A DNA stretch of 64,000 nt from Bacilli bacterium. Its GTDB lineage: Bacteria > Bacillota_I > Bacilli_A > RF39 > UBA660. Shown one piece after another: positions 47,114 to 56,893 of this stretch. Numbering within the stretch: the stretch's first letter is position 1; each line of letters starts with the position of its first letter. The notes beneath the pieces were generated by a model. The model did no database searches. It was given only the letters and a program-made list of their open reading frames with translations, and was not told where the DNA came from. Where the stretch lies: NCBI GenBank assembly GCA_017462455.1, contig JAFTRC010000056.1, forward strand, positions 12,078 through 76,077, read 5' to 3'. Position numbers and translations under genes: made by a program.

Positions 47114-47713
47114 ATGAATAAAGATCAATTAAAACAATTAATGACAAAACAAGTTTTGTCATTAGAAGAAGTAAAGTTTGTTCTTGATTCTTTAGTAAAT
47201 GAAATAAAAAATACTATGAATGTAAATGATTCTAGTACAAGATTGTGTAAAGAAAGTTCAATGGCTTTATGGAAATTGTGTAGTGATATAGGACTTCCAT
47301 ATATTCCTTGTAGTATGAGTGAAATTAATATGTCAGATTTGGAGCACCACTATGGCATAACTGGTTTTAAAACAGAATATGGACAAATCTGTTTTCTGCT
47401 AGATTTGACATATATACAATTTACAGAAGATTTGTACCCTGTAAATGTAGGTGGAATAAATGGAACAAAAGAAGTTTTATCTCCTGGTAATTTTATATCA
47501 GAAGAAAATCAAGAAACTTTAGTTAATTCAGGGTATATAACTCTTACAAAAGAGAATTATGATGATTATTTAAGAAGTTTCATAGAAACAAATAAACTTG
47601 TTAATCAAGTAAATGAAGATTTAATATATGGAAATGCTTATTCATTATTAGGTCAATATCACATAAATTTTGTAGAAAAAGATTATATAAATAATCAAGG
47701 AATAAGTTATTAG
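47114..47713 (+). CDS. hypothetical protein
   Basis: 199-aa ORF immediately after rnr. No motif recognised. Confidence 0.5.
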   Translation: MNKDQLKQLMTKQVLSLEEVKFVLDSLVNEIKNTMNVNDSSTRLCKESSMALWKLCSDIGLPYIPCSMSEINMSDLEHHYGITGFKTEYGQICFLLDLTYIQFTEDLYPVNVGGINGTKEVLSPGNFISEENQETLVNSGYITLTKENYDDYLRSFIETNKLVNQVNEDLIYGNAYSLLGQYHINFVEKDYINNQGISY

Positions 47714-48098
47714 AAGAAATAGACTTATCTCTTTTTATACTAATTTTTTCTTTACAAATGAGATTAAAGTACTACTTATAATTGTTAAAAAATTTAAAAT
47801 GTGTATAAATAAAAATACTTAACATAAAATAATATTTGACATAAATGGTAAAAATTTTCATTAAAATGTTGATTGATTGTTTTTTTGCAATATAATTATG
47901 TTGAGAAAAATGGTAAAAGTGGCAAAAATTCTCATTGGAGATATCAAAGAGATTAAAAGATATATTTATTTAAATTAATAAATAAAAAAGAAAATAGTTT
48001 AGATTTATAAAATATTATCGAGAATATACGCTTAGTTTTCTCGATTTTTTCATATAGATTTTTCTTTAGTAATTTGATACAATAATAATGGTGAGATT

Positions 48099-49223
48099 AT
48101 GAAAAAGAGAAAAGTAAAAAAGAGTGTATATGTTATTTTTTTAATAATTTTGATATTAACAGTAGGAACAGTAACAATATTAAAAAATCAAAGCCAAAAA
48201 AATGTCGAAAAAAGTAAACCAGAAGTAAATGAAAAGACAGATAAAGTGGTAGAAGAAGAACCTAAAAATAAGAAAATGTCTTTAATTGCTGTAGGAGATG
48301 TGCTAATACATGAAAGTGTATATAAGGATGCATATCAAACAGATGGTACTTATAATTTTCACCACATGTTTACTGAAATAGAACCAATAATAAAAAAATA
48401 TGATTTAAAATTCTGTAATCAAGAATCTACAATAGGAGGAAGTACTCTTGGAATAAGTGGGTATCCTAGTTTTAATTCACCTGATGAAATAGGTGATGAA
48501 ATTGTTAATCTTGGGTTTAATTTAATTAGTTTAGCTAACAACCATGTAATGGATAGAGGTGAAAATGCAGTTCTTTATTCCAATAGTTATTGGAAAACTA
48601 AGAATGTAATTACTGCTGGATCCTATTCAAGTATGGAAGAAAGAAATCAAGTTAACGTATATGAACAAAATGGAATAAAATATGCATTTTTAGCTTATAC
48701 AACTAGTTTAAATGGTGGTAATCCTAGTAAAGAATATTATGTTAATATGTATAGTGCTGATAAAGTAAAAACTGATATAGAAGCAGTAAAGAATAGTGTA
48801 GATGTAATAATAGTTTCAATGCACTGGGGAGTAGAATATACAAATACCCCAACAGAAAGTCAACAACAAATAGCTGAATATTTATCTAGCTTAGGAGTTA
48901 ACTTAGTAATTGGACATCATCCACATGTAGTTCAACCTGTAACTTATGTAAATGATACATTGGTAATTTATTCATTAGGAAATTTCATATCTAATCAATT
49001 ATCAATAGGACTTAATCAAGGAATAGGCCTTATGGTAGGAATGGATATAGTAGTAGAAGATGGTAAAGTAACTTTTGAAAATTTATATAAAGAATTAATT
49101 CTTAGCTATGCTTTTCAAAGTACTAATTTTAAAGTAATGCCATTCTCTAAATTAAATAATGATTTATTGAATGATTATGAGAGTGTAAAAACAAAATATA
49201 TGAATATAGTAGAAGGAGTGTAG
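48099..49223 (+). CDS. CapA/PgsA-family metallophosphatase-like membrane-anchored protein
   Basis: MSLIAVGDVLIHESVY, NNHVMDRG, VSMHWGVEYT and GHHPHVVQP. Confidence 0.8.
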   Translation: MKKRKVKKSVYVIFLIILILTVGTVTILKNQSQKNVEKSKPEVNEKTDKVVEEEPKNKKMSLIAVGDVLIHESVYKDAYQTDGTYNFHHMFTEIEPIIKKYDLKFCNQESTIGGSTLGISGYPSFNSPDEIGDEIVNLGFNLISLANNHVMDRGENAVLYSNSYWKTKNVITAGSYSSMEERNQVNVYEQNGIKYAFLAYTTSLNGGNPSKEYYVNMYSADKVKTDIEAVKNSVDVIIVSMHWGVEYTNTPTESQQQIAEYLSSLGVNLVIGHHPHVVQPVTYVNDTLVIYSLGNFISNQLSIGLNQGIGLMVGMDIVVEDGKVTFENLYKELILSYAFQSTNFKVMPFSKLNNDLLNDYESVKTKYMNIVEGV

Positions 49224-49224
49224 T

Positions 49225-50385
49225 ATGAAGAAAAGAAAAGTAAAAAAAGGTAAAGTAGCTTTATTTATATCAATATTTTTAATTATAATAGCTTTATGTG
49301 TAGTAGGAGTGTTATATTTAATTAAATCATCAGATAATTCTAAAAAAACTGTAGAAGAGCCTAAAGAAGAAATAAAGGAAGAAGTAAAAGTAGAAGAACC
49401 AAAAGAAAAAAGAATGTCTTTAGTCGCAGTAGGAGATGCTTTAATACATGCTGCAGTGTACTATGATGCAAGTATAGGTAATGGTAATTATGACTTTAGT
49501 CCTATGTTTACTGAAGTTGCTCCTTTGCTTCAAAATTATGATTTAAAATATTATAATCAAGAAACTATAATAGGAGGTAAAGATTTAGGAGTAAGTCATT
49601 ATCCTAGATTTAATTCTCCTGATGAAATAGCTCTAAATTTAGTTGATATTGGATTTAATTTAGTAAGTTTAGCTAATAATCATACTTTAGATATGAATGA
49701 ACAAGGTGTACTTAACTCAGTTAATTTTTGGAGAAATCAAACTGAAGTAGTAGTAAGCGGTCAATCTGATTCATTTGAAGATAGAAATAATATACAAATA
49801 CATGAACAAAATGGAATAAAGTACGCATTTATTGCTTATACCGACATGACTAATGGTCTAAGCGTTCCAAGCGGTAAAGACTATTTAGTTAATGTTTATA
49901 GTGACGAACAAGCTAAAATAGACATCGAAAGTGTTAGAGATAAAGTAGATGTTGTAATAGTTTCAATGCATTGGGGAGAAGAATATACTCATGAACCAAC
50001 ATATAGACAAAAACAAGAAGCTCAGTATCTATCTAGCTTAGGTGTTGATTTAATAATAGGAGCTCATCCACATGTAATAATGCCTGTAGATTATGTAGGT
50101 GATACATTAGTAATTTATTCATTAGGGAACTTTATATCAGGGCAAAGCCCTTTAGGACTTGCTAAAATAATAGGTCTTATGGTAGGTATGGATATAGTTG
50201 TTAAAGATGATAAAGTAACTTTTGAAAATATCAATTATGATTTATTATATACATACTGTACTAGTAATTATAAAAACTATAAAGTATATCCATTTGATAA
50301 TTTAACTGATGATATTTTATATAACCATGAAGCAATAGAACAAGAATATATGAGCATTGTAACAAGCGAGGTAACTTATGATTGA
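49225..50385 (+). CDS. CapA/PgsA-family protein (tandem paralog)
   Basis: The same motif set (MSLVAVGDALIHAAVY, NNHTLDMN, VSMHWGEEYT, GAHPHVIMP). Confidence 0.8.
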   Translation: MKKRKVKKGKVALFISIFLIIIALCVVGVLYLIKSSDNSKKTVEEPKEEIKEEVKVEEPKEKRMSLVAVGDALIHAAVYYDASIGNGNYDFSPMFTEVAPLLQNYDLKYYNQETIIGGKDLGVSHYPRFNSPDEIALNLVDIGFNLVSLANNHTLDMNEQGVLNSVNFWRNQTEVVVSGQSDSFEDRNNIQIHEQNGIKYAFIAYTDMTNGLSVPSGKDYLVNVYSDEQAKIDIESVRDKVDVVIVSMHWGEEYTHEPTYRQKQEAQYLSSLGVDLIIGAHPHVIMPVDYVGDTLVIYSLGNFISGQSPLGLAKIIGLMVGMDIVVKDDKVTFENINYDLLYTYCTSNYKNYKVYPFDNLTDDILYNHEAIEQEYMSIVTSEVTYD

Positions 50386-50818
50386 GATTAAAAATAAAAA
50401 AGCTAGTTATGACTATTTTATAGAAGAAGAAATAGAATGTGGCATTGTATTGAAAGGTACAGAGATTAAATCTATTAGAGAAGGAAATGCTAATTTAAAA
50501 GATTGTTATGCTATCGTAAGAAATAATGAAGTATTTTTGCTTAATATGTATATTGCTAAATATAATGATGCTAGTATATTTAATCATGATGAAAGACGTA
50601 CTAGAAAACTGTTATTAAATAAAAGAGAAATATTAAAATTAAGAGATAGAGTAGAAATAAGTGGATATACTTTAATACCTATAAAACTTTATTTTAAAGG
50701 AAATAAAGCTAAAATACTTCTTGGAGTAGGTAAAGGTAAGAAAAATTATGATAAAAGAGAATCTATAAAAGAAAAAGATATGAAAAGAGATATAGAAAAA
50801 TTATTAAAAAACAGATAA
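50378..50818 (+). CDS. smpB: SsrA-binding protein
   Basis: NKKASYDYFIEEEIECGIVLKGTEIKSIR and a basic C-terminal tail. Confidence 0.9.
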   Translation: MIEIKNKKASYDYFIEEEIECGIVLKGTEIKSIREGNANLKDCYAIVRNNEVFLLNMYIAKYNDASIFNHDERRTRKLLLNKREILKLRDRVEISGYTLIPIKLYFKGNKAKILLGVGKGKKNYDKRESIKEKDMKRDIEKLLKNR

Positions 50819-50841
50819 AAAGGTTACTACTCGACCTTATC

Positions 50842-51224
50842 ATGGAAAAAATATTAAAAGGATATGTATTTAGACCATATCCAACAGAAAAACTAAAGAT
50901 AAACGAAATGGTACAAAATAAAAATCTTTCTAAAAAAATCTATGATGCATCTTGGTATGAACTAATAAGACAACTAGAATATAAAAGTAAATGTAAAAAC
51001 AAAAAGTTTTACCAAATAGAAACGTATTATCCAAGTAGTCAGATATGTAATAGATGTGGATATCAAGAAAAAAAGATTAAAGATTTAAGTATAAGAGAGT
51101 GGGAATGTCCTAGTTGTACCAATAATAATGAAAGAGATATAATGCTTTTCATTCAAGTATCGACATAATGTTTGAAGGATTGAAAATATATATGAAGAAA
51201 GGCTTAGAACTGCAGTTAAGTTAA
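50842..51224 (+). pseudogene. tnpB: IS200/IS605-family TnpB remnant (internal deletion plus frameshift)
   Basis: The first ~50 nt are nearly identical to the tnpB start at 63861. It then jumps to the C-terminal zinc-finger/RuvC region (SSQICNRCGY...WECPSC...ERD). The frame is lost near 51137-51145, and the shifted frame continues DINAF...IMFEGLKIYMKK to a stop at 51224. Confidence 0.7.
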
Positions 51225-52250
51225 AATTTTGACAATTAATAAATAAGTAGGGTGGCAACCATCCGAAGCTGGTCTATGGAGAAACATGAGTTTCAATCAA
51301 GTAGAAATGTATGACTGTGAAGTCATACCAGTTAAAATTTATTTTGACTTTGTTCTTAATCAATGAGATAATAATATGAAGATAACGTTGTAATTAGTAT
51401 GAGTAGAAGTAAATTTAATAATGACATATATTTAATGTACGAAGCAGAATATAATAAAAATAGCTCATTATATAAATGGAAAAGAAAAAGATGTTATAAA
51501 ATATAAAATTGGAATGAATGTTGATTTATATGTTGAGGAACAGGTTTTTAGCATCTAAATTAAAAGATATATTATCAAGAGAATATTATTCTGATGTAAC
51601 ATACAATAATGATTAAAAAACACTAGTAGTAATACTAGGTAATTATTATTCATTGGGTTATTCCTTTATGATTTTAGTCATGGAATTATAGATATTCCAC
51701 AAGAAACAATCGATAATATTTATGAAGAATTTTCAACTAAATTAAGAGAAACTATAAATAATATAACTACAAAATTATTAGTAAAAACAATTAATGAATT
51801 ATCAAAAGGGCATTTTCCTTCAAAAGAAAATAGTTTGTTAATTTCTAATAATTTGATATTAGGTAATAATTTTACAGTAAAAGAATGCGGTATTAAAAAT
51901 GGTGGGGTAAAATAGTGTTAACATACAAAAATAGTCACTTGACTATTTTTTCTTTGAAAAATGTCAAAATATGTTGACTAGAAATGAATTTTTCTTTATA
52001 ATTTAATTATAGAATAATAGTGGATTAACTATATTTTTTACATACAAGTATGGCGAAAAAATGGTTTTAACAAAATCACCAATAGAGGAAAAAATTAAAT
52101 TATTTAAAAATAATTCAAAAGTAATATTTGATATGAAATATTCTAAAAAATATTTAGGTGAAGAAGTAGAAAAAATTAGATATTAAAATAAAAAAAATAT
52201 GGAGAGATTATCATAATGTAGAAACTTAAATAAAATAGGAGGCAAATATT

Positions 52251-52634
52251 GTGTTAACTTCAGATCAATTAAATAAAATAAAAAAATTACAAGAAAAACA
52301 AAAAAAATATGAACAAGAAATAAACGATAAAAATGAATTAATTAGACGCTATTGTGATAAAACGAGGGAGATAAGAAAACAAATAAATGAATGTTCAATG
52401 AAATTAAGAGAAGCTGAAATTTCATTGAAAGATGGTTTTACTGTAAGTAATAAAAAAGTAGATGATGGAGAACTAGAAAAAATTCGTGATGACTTGGATG
52501 AAATATACAAAAAAATAAGCAAAATAGAGGATAAAGCAATATCTAAATTAGAAGAATCTATAGATTTAATATTCAAAAAAATAGATTCTATAATTCAGGA
52601 AATAAACAATATAATAAAAGAAGGTGTAGGGTAA
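52251..52634 (+). CDS. small all-helical coiled-coil protein (possible secretion partner/targeting factor)
   Basis: 127 aa with GTG start after a GGAGG RBS and heptad-like charged sequence. Stops 5 nt before the hydrolase gene. Confidence 0.5.
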   Translation: MLTSDQLNKIKKLQEKQKKYEQEINDKNELIRRYCDKTREIRKQINECSMKLREAEISLKDGFTVSNKKVDDGELEKIRDDLDEIYKKISKIEDKAISKLEESIDLIFKKIDSIIQEINNIIKEGVG

Positions 52635-52639
52635 AAAAT

Positions 52640-54490
52640 ATGTATTTGAATGAAAAACACTTAAAGCAGACAACGTTCCCATGTTTGAAAGAGGCACAAA
52701 AAATAAGTAAAGAATTAGTATCAAATATTGAAAAAACAAATATTTTTGAAAAAACTGAAAAAAATGATTTAAGCGATAGCTTTTCTAATATATCAACGCG
52801 AATAAAAAATGTATTAGCTAAATTACAAGAAAAAGTAGAAGCAGTAAAAAAAATAGAAGAAAGAGGAAATTCTTCTAAATGGTTAAGTTATTCAACTTTA
52901 GATTTTTTAAACCAACAAAAACAAATGTTGAAAAATAGTAATAATTTACACGAAGAAAATTCAGAAAATAATCCTATAACAGATTATTGTAGCAATACTG
53001 GATGTTTTTCCGATTTTACCGAATATCAACAAATTATGATGACTTATTTTTCAATATTTGAAGAGTGTGATCCAAAGTATTTTGGAAAAACTGTTCAAGA
53101 AATATATGATAGTACGACAGATGAAGTTGAAAAACAAAGAATAAAATCAAGATTGATAGATAATGGTTTTGGGCAAATAACTCTTGTAGAATCTATATCA
53201 GGTGATGATGGCTTTGATGCTATTGTTTTACAGGATAAAAAAGGAGATTATACTATATATTATCCTGGAACAGATGAAGATGAAGATGAAGATATGAAAT
53301 TTGATTTTTCAAAAATCTTTGATTTTTTGATAAATAAAATAAGCGGCAACACAAAATTTCTGACTTCTTTGTTTGGTATTGATATATATGAATTAATGTC
53401 AGAAAGCAATGATATTTATGATTCACAAGTTGATCAAGCCCAAAATCTTGCTTTAAAGTATTTAAAAATAGCTGATAAAAACTCAAAAAAAATTAATTTT
53501 CAAGGTTATTCTTTGGGCGGCGCTTTAGCTGAAGAATCTTATGTATATGCTGTAAAATATATGGAAACTCAAGTAGAGTACTCAGAAATTTTAAAACAAA
53601 TTGATTCAAAATTAGAAACACTTTCTGAAGATACAAAGGAATATGAAAAATTGTTAGAATTAAAAAAAACTATAGAATCTGGTAATTCTTCTGTTGCAAG
53701 TAAGCAATGTCAAGAATTGATTTCAGAACAACTTAATGGAGGATATAGTTATTTTGAGGGAATACTTAATTATATGGGAAATGTAGAATTAGATGAAAAA
53801 GTATGGTGGTCTAGCAAAGACCCTTTGCTAAGTGAATTAGAAAATTATTTAAAAGGCGATGGATTTAATAATACATCACAATATGTAGATAATTTAGGTG
53901 AAATTACTTTATATAATCCATATCATGCTCAATGTGAATCAAGTATTGAAATTTTAACAGAAAGTGGCGATTTAAATCTATATTGTGCAGAAGGTGATAT
54001 GGTTTCTTCAGCATTTAATTATGAAGAATTCTATGATAGTACAACATTTGTTTATACAGATTATGAATCTGCATATGAAGCAAGTAAATCAGAAAAAGTA
54101 AATATTATGACTAAGACGGTTAAGTTTGTTATGCAGGCATTTATTGGCAGTGAATTTCTTTTGGGTTTAGAAACTAATGAACTAACCAATTTATTAACTA
54201 ACTACTCTTTAATTTTTTCTGGGGCGCATAAAATTCATAACTTAGATGCTAATATTGAAAAAGCATTTGACAAAGATGGTTCAGTAAAAACTATAACAGG
54301 AACCGATGTTGTTGATGGAGTAACTTTTTCAGAAATTTCTAAAAGTGTATATGGATTTGACTTAAAAGAAAAATTAAGTGAAACAATTGATATAACAACA
54401 ATCGAATTGGTGGGTGGAGTTTCGGGAGCATATTTTTCTTTACTTATCTATATGAGGAAGCTTTTAATACCATTTTTTAAATCTTTATAA
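52640..54490 (+). CDS. lipase-class alpha/beta hydrolase (DUF2974/Mbeg1-like) with helical N-terminal region, candidate secreted toxin
   Basis: GFDAIVLQDKKGDYTIYYPGTD, then the nucleophile elbow GYSLGGALAE. Downstream are candidate Asp (AEGDMVS) and His (SGAHKIH). Confidence 0.65.
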   Translation: MYLNEKHLKQTTFPCLKEAQKISKELVSNIEKTNIFEKTEKNDLSDSFSNISTRIKNVLAKLQEKVEAVKKIEERGNSSKWLSYSTLDFLNQQKQMLKNSNNLHEENSENNPITDYCSNTGCFSDFTEYQQIMMTYFSIFEECDPKYFGKTVQEIYDSTTDEVEKQRIKSRLIDNGFGQITLVESISGDDGFDAIVLQDKKGDYTIYYPGTDEDEDEDMKFDFSKIFDFLINKISGNTKFLTSLFGIDIYELMSESNDIYDSQVDQAQNLALKYLKIADKNSKKINFQGYSLGGALAEESYVYAVKYMETQVEYSEILKQIDSKLETLSEDTKEYEKLLELKKTIESGNSSVASKQCQELISEQLNGGYSYFEGILNYMGNVELDEKVWWSSKDPLLSELENYLKGDGFNNTSQYVDNLGEITLYNPYHAQCESSIEILTESGDLNLYCAEGDMVSSAFNYEEFYDSTTFVYTDYESAYEASKSEKVNIMTKTVKFVMQAFIGSEFLLGLETNELTNLLTNYSLIFSGAHKIHNLDANIEKAFDKDGSVKTITGTDVVDGVTFSEISKSVYGFDLKEKLSETIDITTIELVGGVSGAYFSLLIYMRKLLIPFFKSL

Positions 54491-54513
54491 AAATATAAAT
54501 ATAGGAGAAAAAT

Positions 54514-54786
54514 ATGAAAGTGAAAAATGAAAAATATTTACCACTAGGAAGTATAGTGTCTTTAAAAAATTCAAAAATAAAATTAATAATAATAGGATAT
54601 TGTAAAAATTTATCTATATATAAAGAAAAAAAATGTGATTATATTGCAACTATATATCCAATAGGGATAATAAATTTAAGGGAAAGTTTGTTTTTTAATC
54701 ATGAACAAATAGATAAAATATTTTATATAGGATATAAAGATGAAACTTTTATAAAAATGAATGAAATGTTGTGGGAATTGGAGTAA
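54514..54786 (+). CDS. DUF4176-like protein
   Basis: KYLPLGSIVSLKNSKIKLIIIGY...DYIATIYPIGI...FFNHEQIDKIFYIGY. Confidence 0.65.
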   Translation: MKVKNEKYLPLGSIVSLKNSKIKLIIIGYCKNLSIYKEKKCDYIATIYPIGIINLRESLFFNHEQIDKIFYIGYKDETFIKMNEMLWELE

Positions 54787-54791
54787 AAAAT

Positions 54792-55361
54792 ATGGAAAAA
54801 AAATTAGAACAAATGAAAAAAAATAGTATTGGAAGTGAAAAGAGAGATAAACTAGTAAGTAATACAAAGAGGATTACTAAAGTAACATTGGGAATGGTAT
54901 TAATGTTAGTAATGAGTTTATCTATGTGTTCTTGTAAAGGAAGATTTCATAATATATCAATAAATTCAGATGGTAAGATAGAAATAGAGGCTACTCAAGA
55001 ATATATAGATTATAATGAAGGTTATGAACTAATTCATTTAAAAATAAAGGATGTAAAAAATATTTTAAAATCTTATAATATTGAATATTATAATGATGAA
55101 ATAGGACCAGTAACAAATGATATAAGTGTATATCAACAAATAAAAGAAATAAAAGAAGAAGATTTGTTTGGATACTATAAGTTATTAGGAAAAGAAGAAA
55201 GTGAAAAAATAATCAAAATCCTTGGATATAAAGATTGGGATGATTATTTAATAAGTCATAGTTATTTAGATGAAAATGGAAATCCTAGCATAGGTATATG
55301 GATTTATGAAATTAGTTTAGAATTAGGTAGACAATATAATGAGGGAGAAAAAACGAGATGA
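54792..55361 (+). CDS. membrane-anchored or lipoprotein-like protein, candidate immunity factor
   Basis: Hydrophobic segment VTLGMVLMLVMSLSMCSCKG with Cys residues at its end (atypical lipobox), then a soluble domain. Confidence 0.45.
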   Translation: MEKKLEQMKKNSIGSEKRDKLVSNTKRITKVTLGMVLMLVMSLSMCSCKGRFHNISINSDGKIEIEATQEYIDYNEGYELIHLKIKDVKNILKSYNIEYYNDEIGPVTNDISVYQQIKEIKEEDLFGYYKLLGKEESEKIIKILGYKDWDDYLISHSYLDENGNPSIGIWIYEISLELGRQYNEGEKTR

Positions 55362-55582
55362 TATTAGATACTGTATTAATAAGTAATGAAGAATATTATG
55401 TAGTGGAAAAATTAAAAGTAAATAGCCAAGAATATTATATATTAGTGAGTGTAGCAGATGAAGAAAATGTTTGTATAAGAAAGAGGATAAATGAATTAGG
55501 TGAAGATTATTTAATTGGATTAGCAGATGAAGAAGAATTTAATTTAGTGATGTATGAATATTTAAAGAAGGTAGAAAAATAA
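55358..55582 (+). CDS. DUF1292-like small protein
   Basis: EEYYVVEKLKVNSQEYYILVS...VCIRKRI...DYLIGLADEEEFNLV pattern. Confidence 0.45.
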   Translation: MILDTVLISNEEYYVVEKLKVNSQEYYILVSVADEENVCIRKRINELGEDYLIGLADEEEFNLVMYEYLKKVEK

Positions 55583-55583
55583 T

Positions 55584-55880
55584 ATGTTAAATAAAATAAT
55601 TTTACCAATTGGTACAATAATAAAATTGATTGAAAGTGATTCTAAAGTAATGATTACTGGATATTTAATGAAAAATAAAAACACCGGATATATATATGAT
55701 TATTGTGGATGTGAATATCCGATTGGAGTAAAAAATAAAGAAAGTAATTTATATTTTGATAAAAGAGATATAAGTAAAATAATAAAAATTGGATATATTA
55801 ATCAAGAATTTTTATTGATAGAAAAAAGACTAAAAAAGGAGAAGAAATATGAATCAAGAAAAATATTTGCCAATAGGTAG
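55584..55880 (+). CDS. DUF4176-like protein
   Basis: LPIGTIIKLIESDSKVMITGY...YDYCGCEYPIGV...YFDKRDISKIIKIGY. Confidence 0.65.
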   Translation: MLNKIILPIGTIIKLIESDSKVMITGYLMKNKNTGYIYDYCGCEYPIGVKNKESNLYFDKRDISKIIKIGYINQEFLLIEKRLKKEKKYESRKIFANR

Positions 55881-56130
55881 TGTTGTATTACTAAAGAATG
55901 CAAAAAAGCAAGTGATGATAACAGGTTTTTTGGCGCGTTCTAAAGAAGAAAATAGTAAAGTATATGATTATATGGGATGCATGTATCCAGAAGGGATTTT
56001 ATCTTCAGAATTTAATTTACTATTTAATCATGATCAAATAGAAAATATATATTATATAGGATATAGTGATAATAATTGGAAAGAGTTAAATGCCAATATT
56101 AAAAAATCTTTTGATGAATCAGAAAAATAA
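55849..56130 (+). CDS. DUF4176-like protein
   Basis: KYLPIGSVVLLKNAKKQVMITGF...YDYMGCMYPEGI...LFNHDQIENIYYIGY. Confidence 0.7.
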   Translation: MNQEKYLPIGSVVLLKNAKKQVMITGFLARSKEENSKVYDYMGCMYPEGILSSEFNLLFNHDQIENIYYIGYSDNNWKELNANIKKSFDESEK

Positions 56131-56893
56131 AAAGGGACTATCGGGAAACTAAATAATTAATTTCTTGATATTTTTTTTGTGTTTAATACTATAAAAAGTT
56201 CTATTTTTCTAGTATCTTCAAGCAAATGTAATGAGGAATTTAGAAAAATAGATAAATTTTTGGAAATTTAAAATGATTCCGGAATAAATGGAATTATTGG
56301 AAAATAAAAAACTAAAGACAGTATATTTCAAAAAGGTCGTAAAGATTATAATTCTTATAATTTGATGTTAACTATAATTTATTGTTTTTCTAATTTTAAA
56401 AGTTCTTTAAGAGAAAATGAAGAACTTTGTATTTATGATATACGTGTAATTTATTTACTGGAACACCGACCACTCAAGCATTCCGTTATACATGACTTTA
56501 TTAATAGATATATAGTTCCATATCAATATAAAATATTTACAATGATAACTCAAACAATTATTAAATAATTAAATTTAGATATATCTAATCAATATCTAGA
56601 TGAAACAAAAATAGAAACATGAGGTAAATATAAACAATTAGAATTAAAATTATATAAATGAAGAATTTATAATATAAGAAAAATAGAATATTAAAGGATG
56701 TTCTGCGTTAGCGTATAATAAAATATAATTTGTAGGTAAAAGTTATTAAAATTTTATAGAAATAATGTTAAGTAGTAAAATATATCAAAAAATTCATAAA
56801 AAAACTGAACTCAAAAGCATAAATACTTGCTTTTTTTTCATATTTAGTATATACTTAAATTGTGATATATGATAACGGAAGGAGATGCTTAAA

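Noticed and set aside
50819-52250. Search for the tmRNA gene (ssrA) downstream of smpB
   Set aside because: No GGGG...acceptor start, no tag-peptide reading frame ending in ALAA-type residues, and no tRNA-like 3' end (T-arm + CCA) was visible. ssrA is probably elsewhere.
52349-53486. Minus-strand ORFs (75 and 77 aa) in the toxin cassette
   Set aside because: They are shadow ORFs antisense to stronger CDSs.
54676-54867. 63-aa minus-strand ORF
   Set aside because: It has low-complexity F/Y/L-rich content and is antisense to the junction of two + genes.
56362-56568. 68-aa + ORF in the 56.1-56.9 kb intergenic region
   Set aside because: It has no RBS and uses a TTG-type start. The text ...HSVIHDFINRYIVPYQ vaguely recalls transposase N-termini, but too weakly to call. 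The region is treated as non-coding or decayed.
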